A DNA stretch of 64,000 nt, from positions 96,001 through 160,000 of the forward strand of contig CBDCJH010000002.1 of the NCBI GenBank assembly GCA_965217775.1, in the 5' to 3' direction. The stretch comes from Acidobacteriota bacterium (lineage in GTDB: Bacteria; Acidobacteriota; UBA6911; RPQK01; JAJDTT01). The position numbers and the translations under genes were made by a program. Each line of letters starts with the position of its first letter. Within the stretch, counting starts at the first letter, position 1. Positions 29,339-40,784 of this stretch are shown here, piece after piece. The notes beneath the pieces were generated by a model that saw only the letters and a list, made by a program, of their open reading frames with translations, was not told the DNA's origin and ran no database searches.

Positions 29339-30401
29339 ACCTCATCTCGGGGAATCTCTGCAGAAAGGCTCGGGTGGCCCGGACCCGGAGTTCCGACCTA
29401 TTGCCCTCGCTCGGCGGCCGGTCCAGAAAGCAGGCCGCCAAGTTCCGCTCTTCCGCCCAGACCCGACCCGACTCCGGACCCATGACGTAGAGCGCGGTGG
29501 AGACGATGTCCGCCACCAGGGCTCTCGGATGCCAGACCACCACCGACCCCTGGAAGGAAGCGCCGGTCCCGGTCCTGGGATCCAGAATATGCGCCACCCG
29601 CCGGTCTCCCACACCGGTGTTCCGTTCGGAGCCACCGCTGGTGGCCAGGCTTCCGTCATCGAGTCGAACCGCAAGGGCCGGCGTCGTGCGTTGGCTGGGA
29701 TCGGCCATTTCCACGTGCCAGCCCGGCTCGCCTGGAGGGGTGCCCCACGTCATGACCTGGCCACCCAGGTCGATCAGCCAGGGCGGGTCTGCCTGGCTTC
29801 GGGCGTGCTCGTAGACACGGTCCAGAGCCTCACCTTTGCCGAAGGCTCCCGGGTCCAGCAGGACCTGTTCCCCCCGGACGACAGTGCAATCCTCCCGCCG
29901 GAACTTGAGATGCCTCATGCCCGAGGATTGCCGGGCCCGCTCCAGTCTCTCCCGAAAGCCGGTCCGTTGCGTCGACAGGCTCCGGTAGGCGATGGCCAGC
30001 GCGCCGATGGCGGGATCGAAGGCGGAGCCGGTATCCCGATTCCAGTGGAGCAGCTCGCTGTAGAGGCGGCACAGCGACGGAGAAAACCGGTAGGGGACGC
30101 CGACCGGATGCCGGTTCAAACGACTGAGCTCGCTCTCCTTCACCCAGGTGCTGAGTTGCCGGTTCGTCTCCTCCAAAAGACGGATGTAGGTCTCGCACCG
30201 GTCGATTCCCGAAATGCGGTCCCGGGCATAGACGCTCAGAGTACAGAGTGTCCCCATCAGGACCACCTGCCGTTGCACGGGAATCAGCTCGGGAGCGGCC
30301 AAAGCCGGGGGCAGGGACGCGCCGCAGAGGAAGGCTGTCGCCAGCAGCCGGTGAAGGGAGGACGCCGGTGCCTGGGGAGTTCGCCTGGATTCAGGCGGCA
30401 A
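29271..30401 (-). CDS. apbE: FAD:protein FMN transferase ApbE
   Basis: MGT, SELSRLN, AFDPAIG, LDPGAFGKG, DLGGQ, ATSG, HILDPRTG and AD..STALYVMG motifs. Confidence 0.92.
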   Translation of the reverse strand: MPPESRRTPQAPASSLHRLLATAFLCGASLPPALAAPELIPVQRQVVLMGTLCTLSVYARDRISGIDRCETYIRLLEETNRQLSTWVKESELSRLNRHPVGVPYRFSPSLCRLYSELLHWNRDTGSAFDPAIGALAIAYRSLSTQRTGFRERLERARQSSGMRHLKFRREDCTVVRGEQVLLDPGAFGKGEALDRVYEHARSQADPPWLIDLGGQVMTWGTPPGEPGWHVEMADPSQRTTPALAVRLDDGSLATSGGSERNTGVGDRRVAHILDPRTGTGASFQGSVVVWHPRALVADIVSTALYVMGPESGRVWAEERNLAACFLDRPPSEGNRSELRVRATRAFLQRFPEMRFTEPTVSAGRSPGSRRSPRHEP

Positions 30402-30855
30402 GAGACCTGATCTCGCGCTTTCTTCGCCGACGGAGCCAGAGCCGGAAGGTCACCCACTGGTGCCAGAGGTAGGTCAGCGCGAAAATCGTCCCGGTGACCG
30501 AGTGCACGACGACGGCCAGGATGGAAAGGGTGGGATGGGTGAAGACCTGGAGCAGATAACCGGAGATCACCATCAGGGGAAAGCTGACCAGGATCAGAAT
30601 TCCAGTGCGCCGATTGCTCTTGGTTCGGCTGCGCAATTTATCGGTGATGTGACTCCCGTACATCATTCCCAGAATCAGAATCAGGCAGGGAGCCGCCAGA
30701 ATGTGAAGGTTCTGGGTAAAGAGTTGCCAGGGATGATTGACCAGTTGAAACGGATCATGGCTCTCCATCAGATATTTCATGACGAAGAGGAAAATCCCCG
30801 TAACCGAGAGCACCACGGAGAGGGTGTGAAACGACCAGGCTTCCCAGCGGCTCAT
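30391..30855 (-). CDS. 4-TM membrane protein with conserved His (DUF4405/cytochrome b-like), flavinylation-associated
   Basis: TM helices with His residues (LHILAAP, GSHI, VVHS, LWHQ); lies between the FMN-binding gene and apbE. Confidence 0.6.
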   Translation of the reverse strand: MSRWEAWSFHTLSVVLSVTGIFLFVMKYLMESHDPFQLVNHPWQLFTQNLHILAAPCLILILGMMYGSHITDKLRSRTKSNRRTGILILVSFPLMVISGYLLQVFTHPTLSILAVVVHSVTGTIFALTYLWHQWVTFRLWLRRRRKREIRSLAA

Positions 30856-30860
30856 GACAT

Positions 30861-31436
30861 CTACTTCCCGGGCCGCGATTCGGCCTGCAATACCTGGTCG
30901 ATGGCCAGCACCCGGCGCACGGCCTGACTGGCGGCCAAGCTGGTCAGGGTCGCTCCGACGATGGGTCGTATGGCTCGATTCAGGGAAAGCTCGTCACTGA
31001 GCTCGCGACTTTCGTACTGAGCGTACCAGTCCGGCGATGCGAGGTATTCGGGAGGTTCAAGAAATGCGGTCACCTCGATTCGCAGCACCTTTCCCGACTC
31101 GTCAAGGCAGATCAACAAGCTCTCCTTCTTGGTTCGGACGACATGAGTGTCCACGTACGCTCGACCGACCACCCGGTCCGCCTGGAGTGCCACGTAACGG
31201 GCGATCAATGGACTGGGAATATCGACCTTGGCCAGCTTTGCTGCCCGGCGGCGCTGTTGATCGGTCAGAAAAACTCGTTCCGCCCGGATCCGGGCTGCCG
31301 GATACGCCGCTGCCAGCGCCTCCTCCCGGCTCAGCACACCCATCGACGAGGCGGTGAAAACCAGGGTCGAGCAAAGGCATGCCGCCCAGATTCCGTAAAC
31401 GAGCCGCTTGGCTTCCGTTCTCTTTTCCCACACCAT
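30861..31436 (-). CDS. exported FMN-binding protein
   Basis: Signal-like N-terminus; H.VRT; IVGATLTS flavinylation motif variant. Confidence 0.8.
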   Translation of the reverse strand: MVWEKRTEAKRLVYGIWAACLCSTLVFTASSMGVLSREEALAAAYPAARIRAERVFLTDQQRRRAAKLAKVDIPSPLIARYVALQADRVVGRAYVDTHVVRTKKESLLICLDESGKVLRIEVTAFLEPPEYLASPDWYAQYESRELSDELSLNRAIRPIVGATLTSLAASQAVRRVLAIDQVLQAESRPGK

Positions 31437-31475
31437 GTCCCATTTCGCCGAAACTGGGAGGGGAGTCTAATGATG

Positions 31476-31492
31476 TTGAAATTTATTTTCAA
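31476..31492. promoter_or_regulatory. Fur-like AT-rich operator palindrome
   Basis: TTGAAA-TTTAT-TTTCAA about 40 bp upstream of the FMN-binding/apbE operon, conspicuous in GC-rich DNA. Confidence 0.6.
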
Positions 31493-31586
31493 GAAGAAAT
31501 GGGAGCCGCGCGTTCGTCGCTCCGGACGGGAGTGAAATATCGGAGGGAACTCCTGACGACGGCGGCGAACCCGCGATCGAACGTCT

Positions 31587-32741
31587 TCAGCTCTTCTGCA
31601 GGGTGATCCCGGAACCGCTGATGCGGATGCTGACGGTCACCTCGTCCCCGTCATCCTTGTCGATCTGCAATTTCAAGGGAGGGAACGTGAATTTGGCGAG
31701 CCTCAGCGCATAGGAACCCGGGGGCGCCTGGGCCTGACAGCTGCCCACCCGCCGCCGGAACCGAATTCTGGACGAGCGGTGGGACTTGCCTGACTGCTGG
31801 TCGACCAGCTGGAAGGTCAGATTGGCGATGCGATATATGTCGAAGTCATACCCGGCGGCCTTGGACACCTGGATCCGAATCTTGCGAGGTCCCAACTCCT
31901 TCTTCATCCGCTCGCCGTGCCGGCCCACCACCTGCGCCAATCGATTCTCGTCGTGCTCGGCCAGCCACTTCTCGTAATGCTTGCCCTGTCTGACTTCGGC
32001 GACGGCCTCTTCCACGATCTTGAGCATTTCCGGATCGCCCTTCCGGACCGCCACGGCGCACTCCACGCGTCCGACCTCTTCCGGCAGAATTTCCAGGTGG
32101 CTGGATCCCGGCAGCGTGGCCAAGGCGTACGCGGCCATGTACCGGTCAGCGATCAGACAGTCCACTTCTCCTCGACGCAGCGCCAGGACGGCGTCATCCA
32201 AGGTCTTGAACGGAGTGATGGTCGACTGGGAAAACTGCCTCTTGACCCACCTCTGAACTTCGGTGTCCTGCCGCACGCCGATCTTGGCCGTGGAGAGAAC
32301 GCCCGGCCTCAAATCCTTGCGGACCGGATTGATGACCAGACTCAAACTGGAGGTGTAGACGGGAGAGGAGAAATCGACTCGACGCTTGCGGTCTTCGTTG
32401 ACACCGAAAACTGCGATGACGGCGTGCGCCTCCTCGTTCTCCAAGGCGGCAATCAGGGATCCGTACCTCCTGATGATCCAGCGCAGGACCACATTGGGGT
32501 TGTCGCCTTCCTCGGCGATGGCGGCATTCACCTTCTCTACGATCCGGCCGGCCACCTCGACTTCGGGGCCCACCAGGCCCTCGCCCCCCGTCTGATAGAG
32601 CAGCGGCGCCTCGAAGGGAACCGTGGCGACCAGGACGACCTTGTCCTTCTTGATGGAAAGCAGGCTGCTCGGAGGTCCGCAACCGGCCAGTAACAGCAGC
32701 GCGGCGGGCAGTCCGAAAACGGGAAGCAGGTTCCTCTTCAT
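31587..32741 (-). CDS. lipoprotein, substrate-binding family 3 domain plus C-terminal extension
   Basis: Lipobox LLAGC; V.FEAP, RKRRVDFS.P, KIGV...T, LRRGEVD and AVAVRKGD motifs. Confidence 0.8.
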   Translation of the reverse strand: MKRNLLPVFGLPAALLLLAGCGPPSSLLSIKKDKVVLVATVPFEAPLLYQTGGEGLVGPEVEVAGRIVEKVNAAIAEEGDNPNVVLRWIIRRYGSLIAALENEEAHAVIAVFGVNEDRKRRVDFSSPVYTSSLSLVINPVRKDLRPGVLSTAKIGVRQDTEVQRWVKRQFSQSTITPFKTLDDAVLALRRGEVDCLIADRYMAAYALATLPGSSHLEILPEEVGRVECAVAVRKGDPEMLKIVEEAVAEVRQGKHYEKWLAEHDENRLAQVVGRHGERMKKELGPRKIRIQVSKAAGYDFDIYRIANLTFQLVDQQSGKSHRSSRIRFRRRVGSCQAQAPPGSYALRLAKFTFPPLKLQIDKDDGDEVTVSIRISGSGITLQKS

Positions 32742-32807
32742 TGCTAAACCAACCTCAGGTAGAGAATAGACCAGGATTTACGAAAGAGCAGGATTTATAC
32801 CAGATAT

Positions 32808-32965
32808 CAGTCCATGGTGGAAGTCGCGCGAGCACCGAAACCGGACCTGCGCCCGCCGGACCAGGCGCAACGGAGGGAGCATACCGGGAGTATGTGAGCC
32901 GATAGCAACGCAGTCCGCGCGATGCAGGGACGGTCGAATGCCGTGACGACTTTCGCCACGGGCTG
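32808..32965 (-). mobile_element. MITE family A, copy 3
   Basis: 158 bp; ATAT/ATAT TSD. Confidence 0.92.
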
Positions 32966-33131
32966 ATATCCCCGACTCGCGGCAATCGGCCCGGGCAACG
33001 GGGACGGCCGCCTGGTTTCCCAATGGAGTCTGCGGAACCGGCACCCATACCGAGTGCCCATTCGCCGCTGCGGCTCGTCCTCAGTTCGAAAGGGCGTTCT
33101 CCGTGCAATGCGGGACGTTGCCCGCGACTAT

Positions 33132-33731
33132 CTACGAGTAGTAGGGATTCTCCCCGGTGGTGTGGTCGGTCGTGTCCACGACTTCCACGATCTCGGGGAC
33201 CACCTCCTTGATGCGGGTCTCGATTCCTTCCTTCAGCGTCACGTCTGCCATACCGCAACCTTGGCAGCCCCCGCCGAAAGAGAGGTAGACCTTGCGCTTG
33301 CGAACTCCGAGGAGATGAACCTGTCCCCCGTGAGCGGCAACGGCAGGATTGATTTCCGTATCCAGCAATCTCTGAACCCGTTCCGCGGCCGGTCCGGTGA
33401 GGTCCTCTCTCGGACCTTCGCCCAAGGTTGGAACCGTCGGCTTGTTGGGATTGAGGAACTTGAAGCCGCTCCTCAGGATCTTGTCCTCGAAGTCGACGGT
33501 GGCCCCTTTCAGGTTCTCGGCGCTCCTGGGATCCACGATTACCGGGAATTCACCGGAATCCAAGACCAGGTCCTCCGGGCTCTGCTCGTCGGCCGTGATC
33601 AATTGCATGCTGTATTGAAATTCGGCCGTGCCGTTGGTCGTGGCCTGAATTCGAAGGGCCGGCTTATTACCCTGCTGTTGCCGGATCACGGCCAAGACCT
33701 GCTCTTTGGCTTCATTGGTAAATGTAATCAT
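33132..33731 (-). CDS. nfuA: Fe-S carrier NfuA (degenerate ATC domain + NifU-C)
   Basis: ITFT..A, L.GATVDF, GFKF.NPN, INP.VAAHGG, GGGCQGC and VVDTTDH..GENPYY motifs. Confidence 0.92.
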   Translation of the reverse strand: MITFTNEAKEQVLAVIRQQQGNKPALRIQATTNGTAEFQYSMQLITADEQSPEDLVLDSGEFPVIVDPRSAENLKGATVDFEDKILRSGFKFLNPNKPTVPTLGEGPREDLTGPAAERVQRLLDTEINPAVAAHGGQVHLLGVRKRKVYLSFGGGCQGCGMADVTLKEGIETRIKEVVPEIVEVVDTTDHTTGENPYYS

Positions 33732-33817
33732 TGGAAAATGCCCCGTGCGGAATCGGCGTTGTGGAACCGCAACCCGGATTCTAACTCAGAACAGGGTTTC
33801 TTCCAAATCTCGCTCAA

Positions 33818-33975
33818 CAGCCCGTGGCAAAAGTCGCCACGGCATTCGACCGTCCCTGCATCCCGGCGGACGGCGTTGCGATTCGGGCACATACTCCCGG
33901 TATGCACCCGAATCGCGCCTTGTCCGGCGGGCGCAGGAACGGTCTCGGTGCTCGCGGGACTTTCACCACGGACTG
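33818..33975 (+). mobile_element. MITE family A, copy 4
   Basis: 158 bp; TCAA/TCAA TSD. Confidence 0.93.
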
Positions 33976-34183
33976 TCAAGGGCGTGGTCAGAAACGGATC
34001 ACTTTCGGGAAAAAAAAGGAATCTTGCCATACTTGGCGCGACTGCCGGGTTGACCCCGGTGCCGCCTTGGGCGCAGGATAGTCGATGGCAAGGGTGCTTT
34101 AGCGCGTCCTGTGTGGCGCTTGGCGGGGGGCTTGGCGGTTGATCCTTGTCCGGCCCCCGCATTTTTAAGGAGGGAGATTCTCG

Positions 34184-36193
<2,010 letters not shown>

Positions 36194-36233
36194 CCCGGCG
36201 CCTGCCGGATCGGTTCCGACCGTTATCGACACG

Positions 36234-36270
36234 AATGGAGGCTTGCGGTTCGCCGCCAGCCTCCATTTTT
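36234..36270 (+). terminator. intrinsic terminator after the radical SAM gene
   Basis: AATGGAGGCTTGCGG-TTCG-CCGCCAGCCTCCATTTTT. Confidence 0.85.
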
Positions 36271-36308
36271 GTGTTTGGCAACCGGTTTTGATGACCACTG
36301 CCGGTTGA

Positions 36309-36468
36309 CAGTCCGTGGTGAAAGTCCCGCGAGCACCGAGACCGTTCCTGCGGCCGCCGGACAAGGCGCTTCGGAGGGAGCATACCGGGAGTATGTGAGC
36401 CGATAGCAACGCAGTCCGCGCACGATGCAGGGACGGTCGAATGCCGTGACGACTTTCGCCACGGGCTG
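36309..36468 (-). mobile_element. MITE family A, copy 5
   Basis: 160 bp; TTGA/TTGA TSD. Confidence 0.93.
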
Positions 36469-36515
36469 TTGAGGCCGGGTGGCGCGGGTTGCCGCACCGA
36501 CAAGGAGACCTCATC

Positions 36516-36848
36516 GTGACCCAACTCGCCGAAAAAAAATGTATCCCCTGCCGGGGCGGCGTGCCGCCGCTGACGGCCGACCAGATCGCCCCCCTTCTGG
36601 CCCAGTTGCAAGGATGGGAAGTGGTCGAGGACCATCACCTGCGCAAGCTGGTTCGATTCCCCGATTTCGCAACGGCGCTGGCTCTCGTCAACCAGGTCGG
36701 TGAAGTCGCCGAAGCGGAAGACCACCACCCCGACATCTATCTGGCCTGGGGCAAGGTGGAGATCACCCTCTGGACCCACAAGATCAACGGCCTGACCGAG
36801 AGCGACTTCGTCCTGGCCGCCAAGATCGACCGGATGTCTCCGAGCTGA
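36516..36848 (+). CDS. phhB: pterin-4-alpha-carbinolamine dehydratase
   Basis: LAEKKCIPC, F.DF, AE..DHHPDI and WTH...GLTESDFVLAAKID motifs; AAGGAG RBS before GTG. Confidence 0.93.
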   Translation: MTQLAEKKCIPCRGGVPPLTADQIAPLLAQLQGWEVVEDHHLRKLVRFPDFATALALVNQVGEVAEAEDHHPDIYLAWGKVEITLWTHKINGLTESDFVLAAKIDRMSPS

Positions 36849-36969
36849 GCGAACTCGGATTCCACGCGATCGTGACTCATGTCACTGGCCGATCGGGTTG
36901 GATTGTTGTTTCGGTCGCAGTCGCTCAGACAAGCTGAAGATTTGATGGGCGTACCATAGCGATCCGTTT

Positions 36970-37869
36970 ATGATCCGTACGCGGCTGCTGGATCTCTTCA
37001 AGAATCTTCACGTCTGGAAACAGCACGGAATACGTGCGCCGCACAAGCCGTTGCTACTCCTGCTGGCGATTGGACGTGTCGTCGGCAAGGAGGCGCGCCT
37101 CGTGCCCTATCCGCAGATCGAGGACCGGATGAAGGAGTTGTTGCAACGCTTCGGTCCGCCTCGCCGATCGCTGCATCCGGAATTTCCGTTCGGCCGCCTG
37201 CCCGCCGACAATCTTTGGGAGATTTCCGGAGGCGGGACCTTGTCCCGTACGGCGAGTGGCGACTTGCTGGTTCGGGAACTACGCGAGCGGAGGGTGAAGG
37301 GCGGATTTCTGAAGTGGGTCTACGACCATCTGCGCAAAGATCCGCGACTCGCACGGGAAATCGCGCAGGGACTCTTGAACGCTCACTTCCCGGAGTCGTG
37401 GCACGATGAAATCCGCGTCGCCACCGGTATTCCGTACCCATGGGAAGTTCGAGAGACGCCGGTCCGCCGGCGCGACCCAGCTTTCCGGCGCCATGTGCTG
37501 CGCGAATATCAGTACCGATGTGCCATCTGCAACTTCGACGTGCGACTCGGAGATGACCTTGTCGGTCTGGAGGCTGCGCATATCAAGTGGTTGGCGGCTG
37601 GCGGACCGGACACGGTAGCGAACGGATTGGCGTTGTGCGGGCTTCACCATAAGGCATTTGATCGAGGTGCATTTGGTCTGGAAGGCGGCGGTGAGCAATT
37701 TAAAGTGCTCGTTTCCAGCGAAATCCACGGTCGGCGCGATCCGGTTCGGTGGTTTCTCGATTACCATGGAAAGCCCCTCCGGACTCCTCGGAACCGTTTA
37801 GTGGACCCGAGACCTGAGTTCGTGATCTGGCACTACAAGGAAGTATTCCGCCGTCCGGCGCTGACCTGA
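36970..37869 (+). CDS. SBD-HNH phosphorothioated-DNA-dependent restriction endonuclease
   Basis: Sulfur-binding-domain motifs RAPHKPLLLL and HPEFPFGRL..DNLW; HNH_2 motifs RDPAFR..VL..Y..RCAIC, LEAAHI, NGLALC.LHHKAFDRG and WH...VF. Confidence 0.85.
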   Translation: MIRTRLLDLFKNLHVWKQHGIRAPHKPLLLLLAIGRVVGKEARLVPYPQIEDRMKELLQRFGPPRRSLHPEFPFGRLPADNLWEISGGGTLSRTASGDLLVRELRERRVKGGFLKWVYDHLRKDPRLAREIAQGLLNAHFPESWHDEIRVATGIPYPWEVRETPVRRRDPAFRRHVLREYQYRCAICNFDVRLGDDLVGLEAAHIKWLAAGGPDTVANGLALCGLHHKAFDRGAFGLEGGGEQFKVLVSSEIHGRRDPVRWFLDYHGKPLRTPRNRLVDPRPEFVIWHYKEVFRRPALT

Positions 37870-37886
37870 TACTTCGACGGACTTAA

Positions 37887-38044
37887 CAGCCCGTGGCAAA
37901 AGTCGTCACGGCATTCGACCGTCCCTGCATCCCGGCGGACTGCGTTGCGATTCGGGCACATACTCCCGGTATGCACCCGAATCGCGCCTTGTCCGGCGGG
38001 CGCAGGAACGGTCTCGGTGCTCGCGCGACTTTCACCACGGACTG
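37887..38044 (+). mobile_element. MITE family A, copy 6
   Basis: 158 bp; TTAA/TTAA TSD. Confidence 0.93.
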
Positions 38045-38177
38045 TTAATGTCCGACCGTGATCTCGAAGGGTCGGGGGCGAAACTCATTGATCGATCGAC
38101 CGGAATATCCGGAAGAACTCCAGTACCGTCGGATTTAATCTGAACCGTAGAGCCTTGGATTGTCGAGGGTCGTCGGA

Positions 38178-38804
38178 TCAGAGCACGATCAGGTTCTGGT
38201 CCGCTGCCGCCGGCGCGACTTCCGGGTGGTTTTTTCGGATGAAGGTCAGGTAGGGCTCTCCGCCGGCCGGTTGGTTCAGGTGATAGTCGACCTCCGACTC
38301 CACCACCTCCAGGCAGTTGAGCAGATCGGAGACTCTGAGCGGAGAGTCGAGTCCTTCCCTCGTCTCTTCCAGCATCTTTCGCACCGGCCGGATCAGGGCC
38401 GACACCATGGGATCCGGCGACTTATGCTCGTAGATGATCCCTCGGTCCTCGGATTGGTAGGACTTCCGCAACAGCCGGACCGCTTCCAGCACATGTTTGT
38501 CGTGAAAGCTGCGCAGGCCCTGTCCATAGCGGAGGATCTCCTTTTCGACCTCATCGATGAGCGGTCTGTAAATCTGCATGTTCTCCAGGAGTCGGAGACT
38601 ACGACGCGGGTCCTGCTCCTGCCGGACTTGGCGGATGTACTTTTTCGCCGCCTGATGGCCTTGGCCCTCTGTCAGGTAGACGCAGTCCGGTGGGCAGTCG
38701 ATCTCCACCACACGCATCCGGCCGCAACAGGGGGCGCAGATGAGTGTGTTCTTGGCCGGGCAGTGGCGCTTTCCCTTTCTGTGATTGCACAGGATGCACT
38801 TCAT
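38178..38804 (-). CDS. hypothetical protein with N-terminal Cys-rich (Zn/Fe-S) cluster
   Basis: CILC...KRHCPA...ICAPCCG...CPPDCVYL. Confidence 0.75.
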   Translation of the reverse strand: MKCILCNHRKGKRHCPAKNTLICAPCCGRMRVVEIDCPPDCVYLTEGQGHQAAKKYIRQVRQEQDPRRSLRLLENMQIYRPLIDEVEKEILRYGQGLRSFHDKHVLEAVRLLRKSYQSEDRGIIYEHKSPDPMVSALIRPVRKMLEETREGLDSPLRVSDLLNCLEVVESEVDYHLNQPAGGEPYLTFIRKNHPEVAPAAADQNLIVL

Positions 38805-38949
38805 AACGCCAAGAGTTCCCGCGTTTTCGACCGCGCCGACAAAATACCATCATGAAGCCGGATTATCCTACCTGACCCCGGGAATCCGATCGCCATACCG
38901 CCACCAGTCCGTTAGAACCAAAGGCGTTCAGAATGGCTATACTGTCTGC

Positions 38950-39336
38950 GTGGCGAAACGACTCTTCACTCTGGCGGAAGCCAGAAAAATCCTGCCTCTG
39001 GTCAGAAAGCTGGTGGCGGTGGCCATGAATCTGTCCATCGAGATTTCGCGCTACAAGGAGGCCGTCCAGGAACTGGCCAGGAGTGCCGACCTCAACCGCG
39101 GCAGCCCGGAAGGCACGGCCTACATCGAGCGTCTCCTGCAACTGCAATCGTGCGTCGCCCGGCTTCAGGGCCTGGGTTGCGTGGTCAAGAGCGTGGATCA
39201 GGGGCTTATCGATTTCCCCCATCTCAAGGACGGGCGCGAGGTCTACCTTTGCTGGAAACATGGCGAAGAGGACATCCACTACTGGCACGAGATCGACGCC
39301 GGTTTCGCGGGCCGCAAGCGCATTCCCGAGGATTGA
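38950..39336 (+). CDS. DUF2203 family protein
   Basis: FTLAEA...LP and VKS.D.GLIDFP....GREVYLCWK.GE..I.YWH....GFAGRK motifs. Confidence 0.88.
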   Translation: MAKRLFTLAEARKILPLVRKLVAVAMNLSIEISRYKEAVQELARSADLNRGSPEGTAYIERLLQLQSCVARLQGLGCVVKSVDQGLIDFPHLKDGREVYLCWKHGEEDIHYWHEIDAGFAGRKRIPED

Positions 39337-39358
39337 AGGACGGAAGGTGGAGGTTTCC

Positions 39359-39964
39359 ATGAGACAGATGAACCGTGTTCCCGGGGTTTTCGGGGCGATG
39401 CTCTTCCTGGCCTTGACCCACTGTTCCAGAAACATGGAGGAGCCCCCCTCCGGCGGTCCCGTCTCTCCCGGGACGGTCGCGGCGGCGGGCGCTGCCGGCG
39501 GCCTGCTCTTTTCGGCCCCCGAGGGCTGGACCGCGGAAACCCCGGCCTCCTCGATGCGGAAAGCCCAGTACCGTCTTCCCCGTGTCTCCGGGGACCCCGA
39601 AGACGGGGAACTGGTCGTGTTCCACTTCCCCGGGCAGGGGGGCTCGATCGAGGCCAATATCAAACGGTGGGTGGGGCAGTTCAGTCCCGACGAAACCGGC
39701 GGCGGCCCGTCCCAAGCCGACGTCACCCCTCGGACCGCGAATGGAGTCCCCCTGATGCTGGTCGACGTCTCGGGCACCTACCGTCCTTCGTCGGGGCCCA
39801 TGATGCGGCCGGGAGACGCCAAGAAGGGCTATCGAATGCTGGCCGCCATCGCCCAGACGCCATCGGGACCCTGGTTCTTCAAGCTCACCGGACCCCGGAA
39901 AACCATCGACAAGTGGCACCCGGACTTCCTGGCGTTTCTGGATACCATCCGTCCCCAGGTTTGA
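39359..39964 (+). CDS. hypothetical lipoprotein
   Basis: GGAGG RBS; lipobox-like LTHC; PEGW, SSMR.AQY, NIKRW.GQF and WFFKLTGP motifs. Confidence 0.7.
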   Translation: MRQMNRVPGVFGAMLFLALTHCSRNMEEPPSGGPVSPGTVAAAGAAGGLLFSAPEGWTAETPASSMRKAQYRLPRVSGDPEDGELVVFHFPGQGGSIEANIKRWVGQFSPDETGGGPSQADVTPRTANGVPLMLVDVSGTYRPSSGPMMRPGDAKKGYRMLAAIAQTPSGPWFFKLTGPRKTIDKWHPDFLAFLDTIRPQV

Positions 39965-39977
39965 AGCCGCCACCGCC

Positions 39978-40784
39978 GTGAGACGCACGACGCGGAATCC
40001 GTCACTGTCGGGGGTCCTTCTCCTGCTGTTCATCGCCGTCACATCCCTGGACCTGGTCCAACCGTCTTCGAACCAGACCTCGCCGTCGATCCGGCAGGAT
40101 CGGGCGCGGGAGATCATGGACCGGGTCGACCAGATGATGCGCGGAGAGTCTTCAACCGGAACGGTCCGGATGAAGGTGGCGACCCGGAGATGGAACCGCA
40201 GCATGACCCTCCGGATCTGGTCCCAGGGCACCGACAAGTCCCTGATCCGGATCCTGGCTCCCAGGAAGAACCGTGGCACCGCCACCTTGAGGGTGGGTTC
40301 CAACATGTGGAACTACCTGTCCAAGATCGAGCGGGTCATCCGCGTCCCCATGTCCATGATGATGGGCTCCTGGATGGGGTCTCATCTCACCAACGACGAC
40401 CTGGTCAAGGAGAGCCGCCTGGTTCGAGACTACGACATCCGGATCTCCTTCGAAGGCGTGCGGGAGGGGATTCCGGTCTGGGACTTCGAGCTCGTTCCCA
40501 AGCCGTCGGCAGCGGTGGTCTGGGGGCGGATCGTCTACCGGGTCCGTCAGGCGGACCTGCTGCCGGTCTGGGCCCGGTACTACGGCGAGGACGAGGCGCT
40601 GAAACGAACCATGAGCTTCTCGGACTACGCCGTCATGGGAGGGCGGCGGATTCCCACCCGTATGAGCATCGTTCCCCAGGACAAGCAGGGGGAGTTCACC
40701 GAGATGGTCTACAAGGACCTCTCCTTTGACGTCCCCATTACCGAAAAGACCTTCTCCCTTTCCAATCTGCGGGCGAGACGATGA
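39978..40784 (+). CDS. outer-membrane lipoprotein-sorting (LolA-like) protein
   Basis: Signal peptide; G.ATLR..MWNY, SWMGSHLTNDDL, ELVPKP.A.VVWG and FSLSNLR motifs. Confidence 0.85.
   Translation: MRRTTRNPSLSGVLLLLFIAVTSLDLVQPSSNQTSPSIRQDRAREIMDRVDQMMRGESSTGTVRMKVATRRWNRSMTLRIWSQGTDKSLIRILAPRKNRGTATLRVGSNMWNYLSKIERVIRVPMSMMMGSWMGSHLTNDDLVKESRLVRDYDIRISFEGVREGIPVWDFELVPKPSAAVVWGRIVYRVRQADLLPVWARYYGEDEALKRTMSFSDYAVMGGRRIPTRMSIVPQDKQGEFTEMVYKDLSFDVPITEKTFSLSNLRARR

Noticed and set aside
33976-34183. sigma54 promoter upstream of the Tes homolog (TGGCAAG...)
   Set aside because: No TTGC at the -12 position.
36309-38044. Composite transposon of MITE 5, phhB, SBD-HNH and MITE 6 (likewise MITE 4/5 around the Tes homolog)
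   Set aside because: Each MITE has its own exact TSD (TCAA, TTGA, TTAA) and they belong to different subfamilies, indicating independent insertions.
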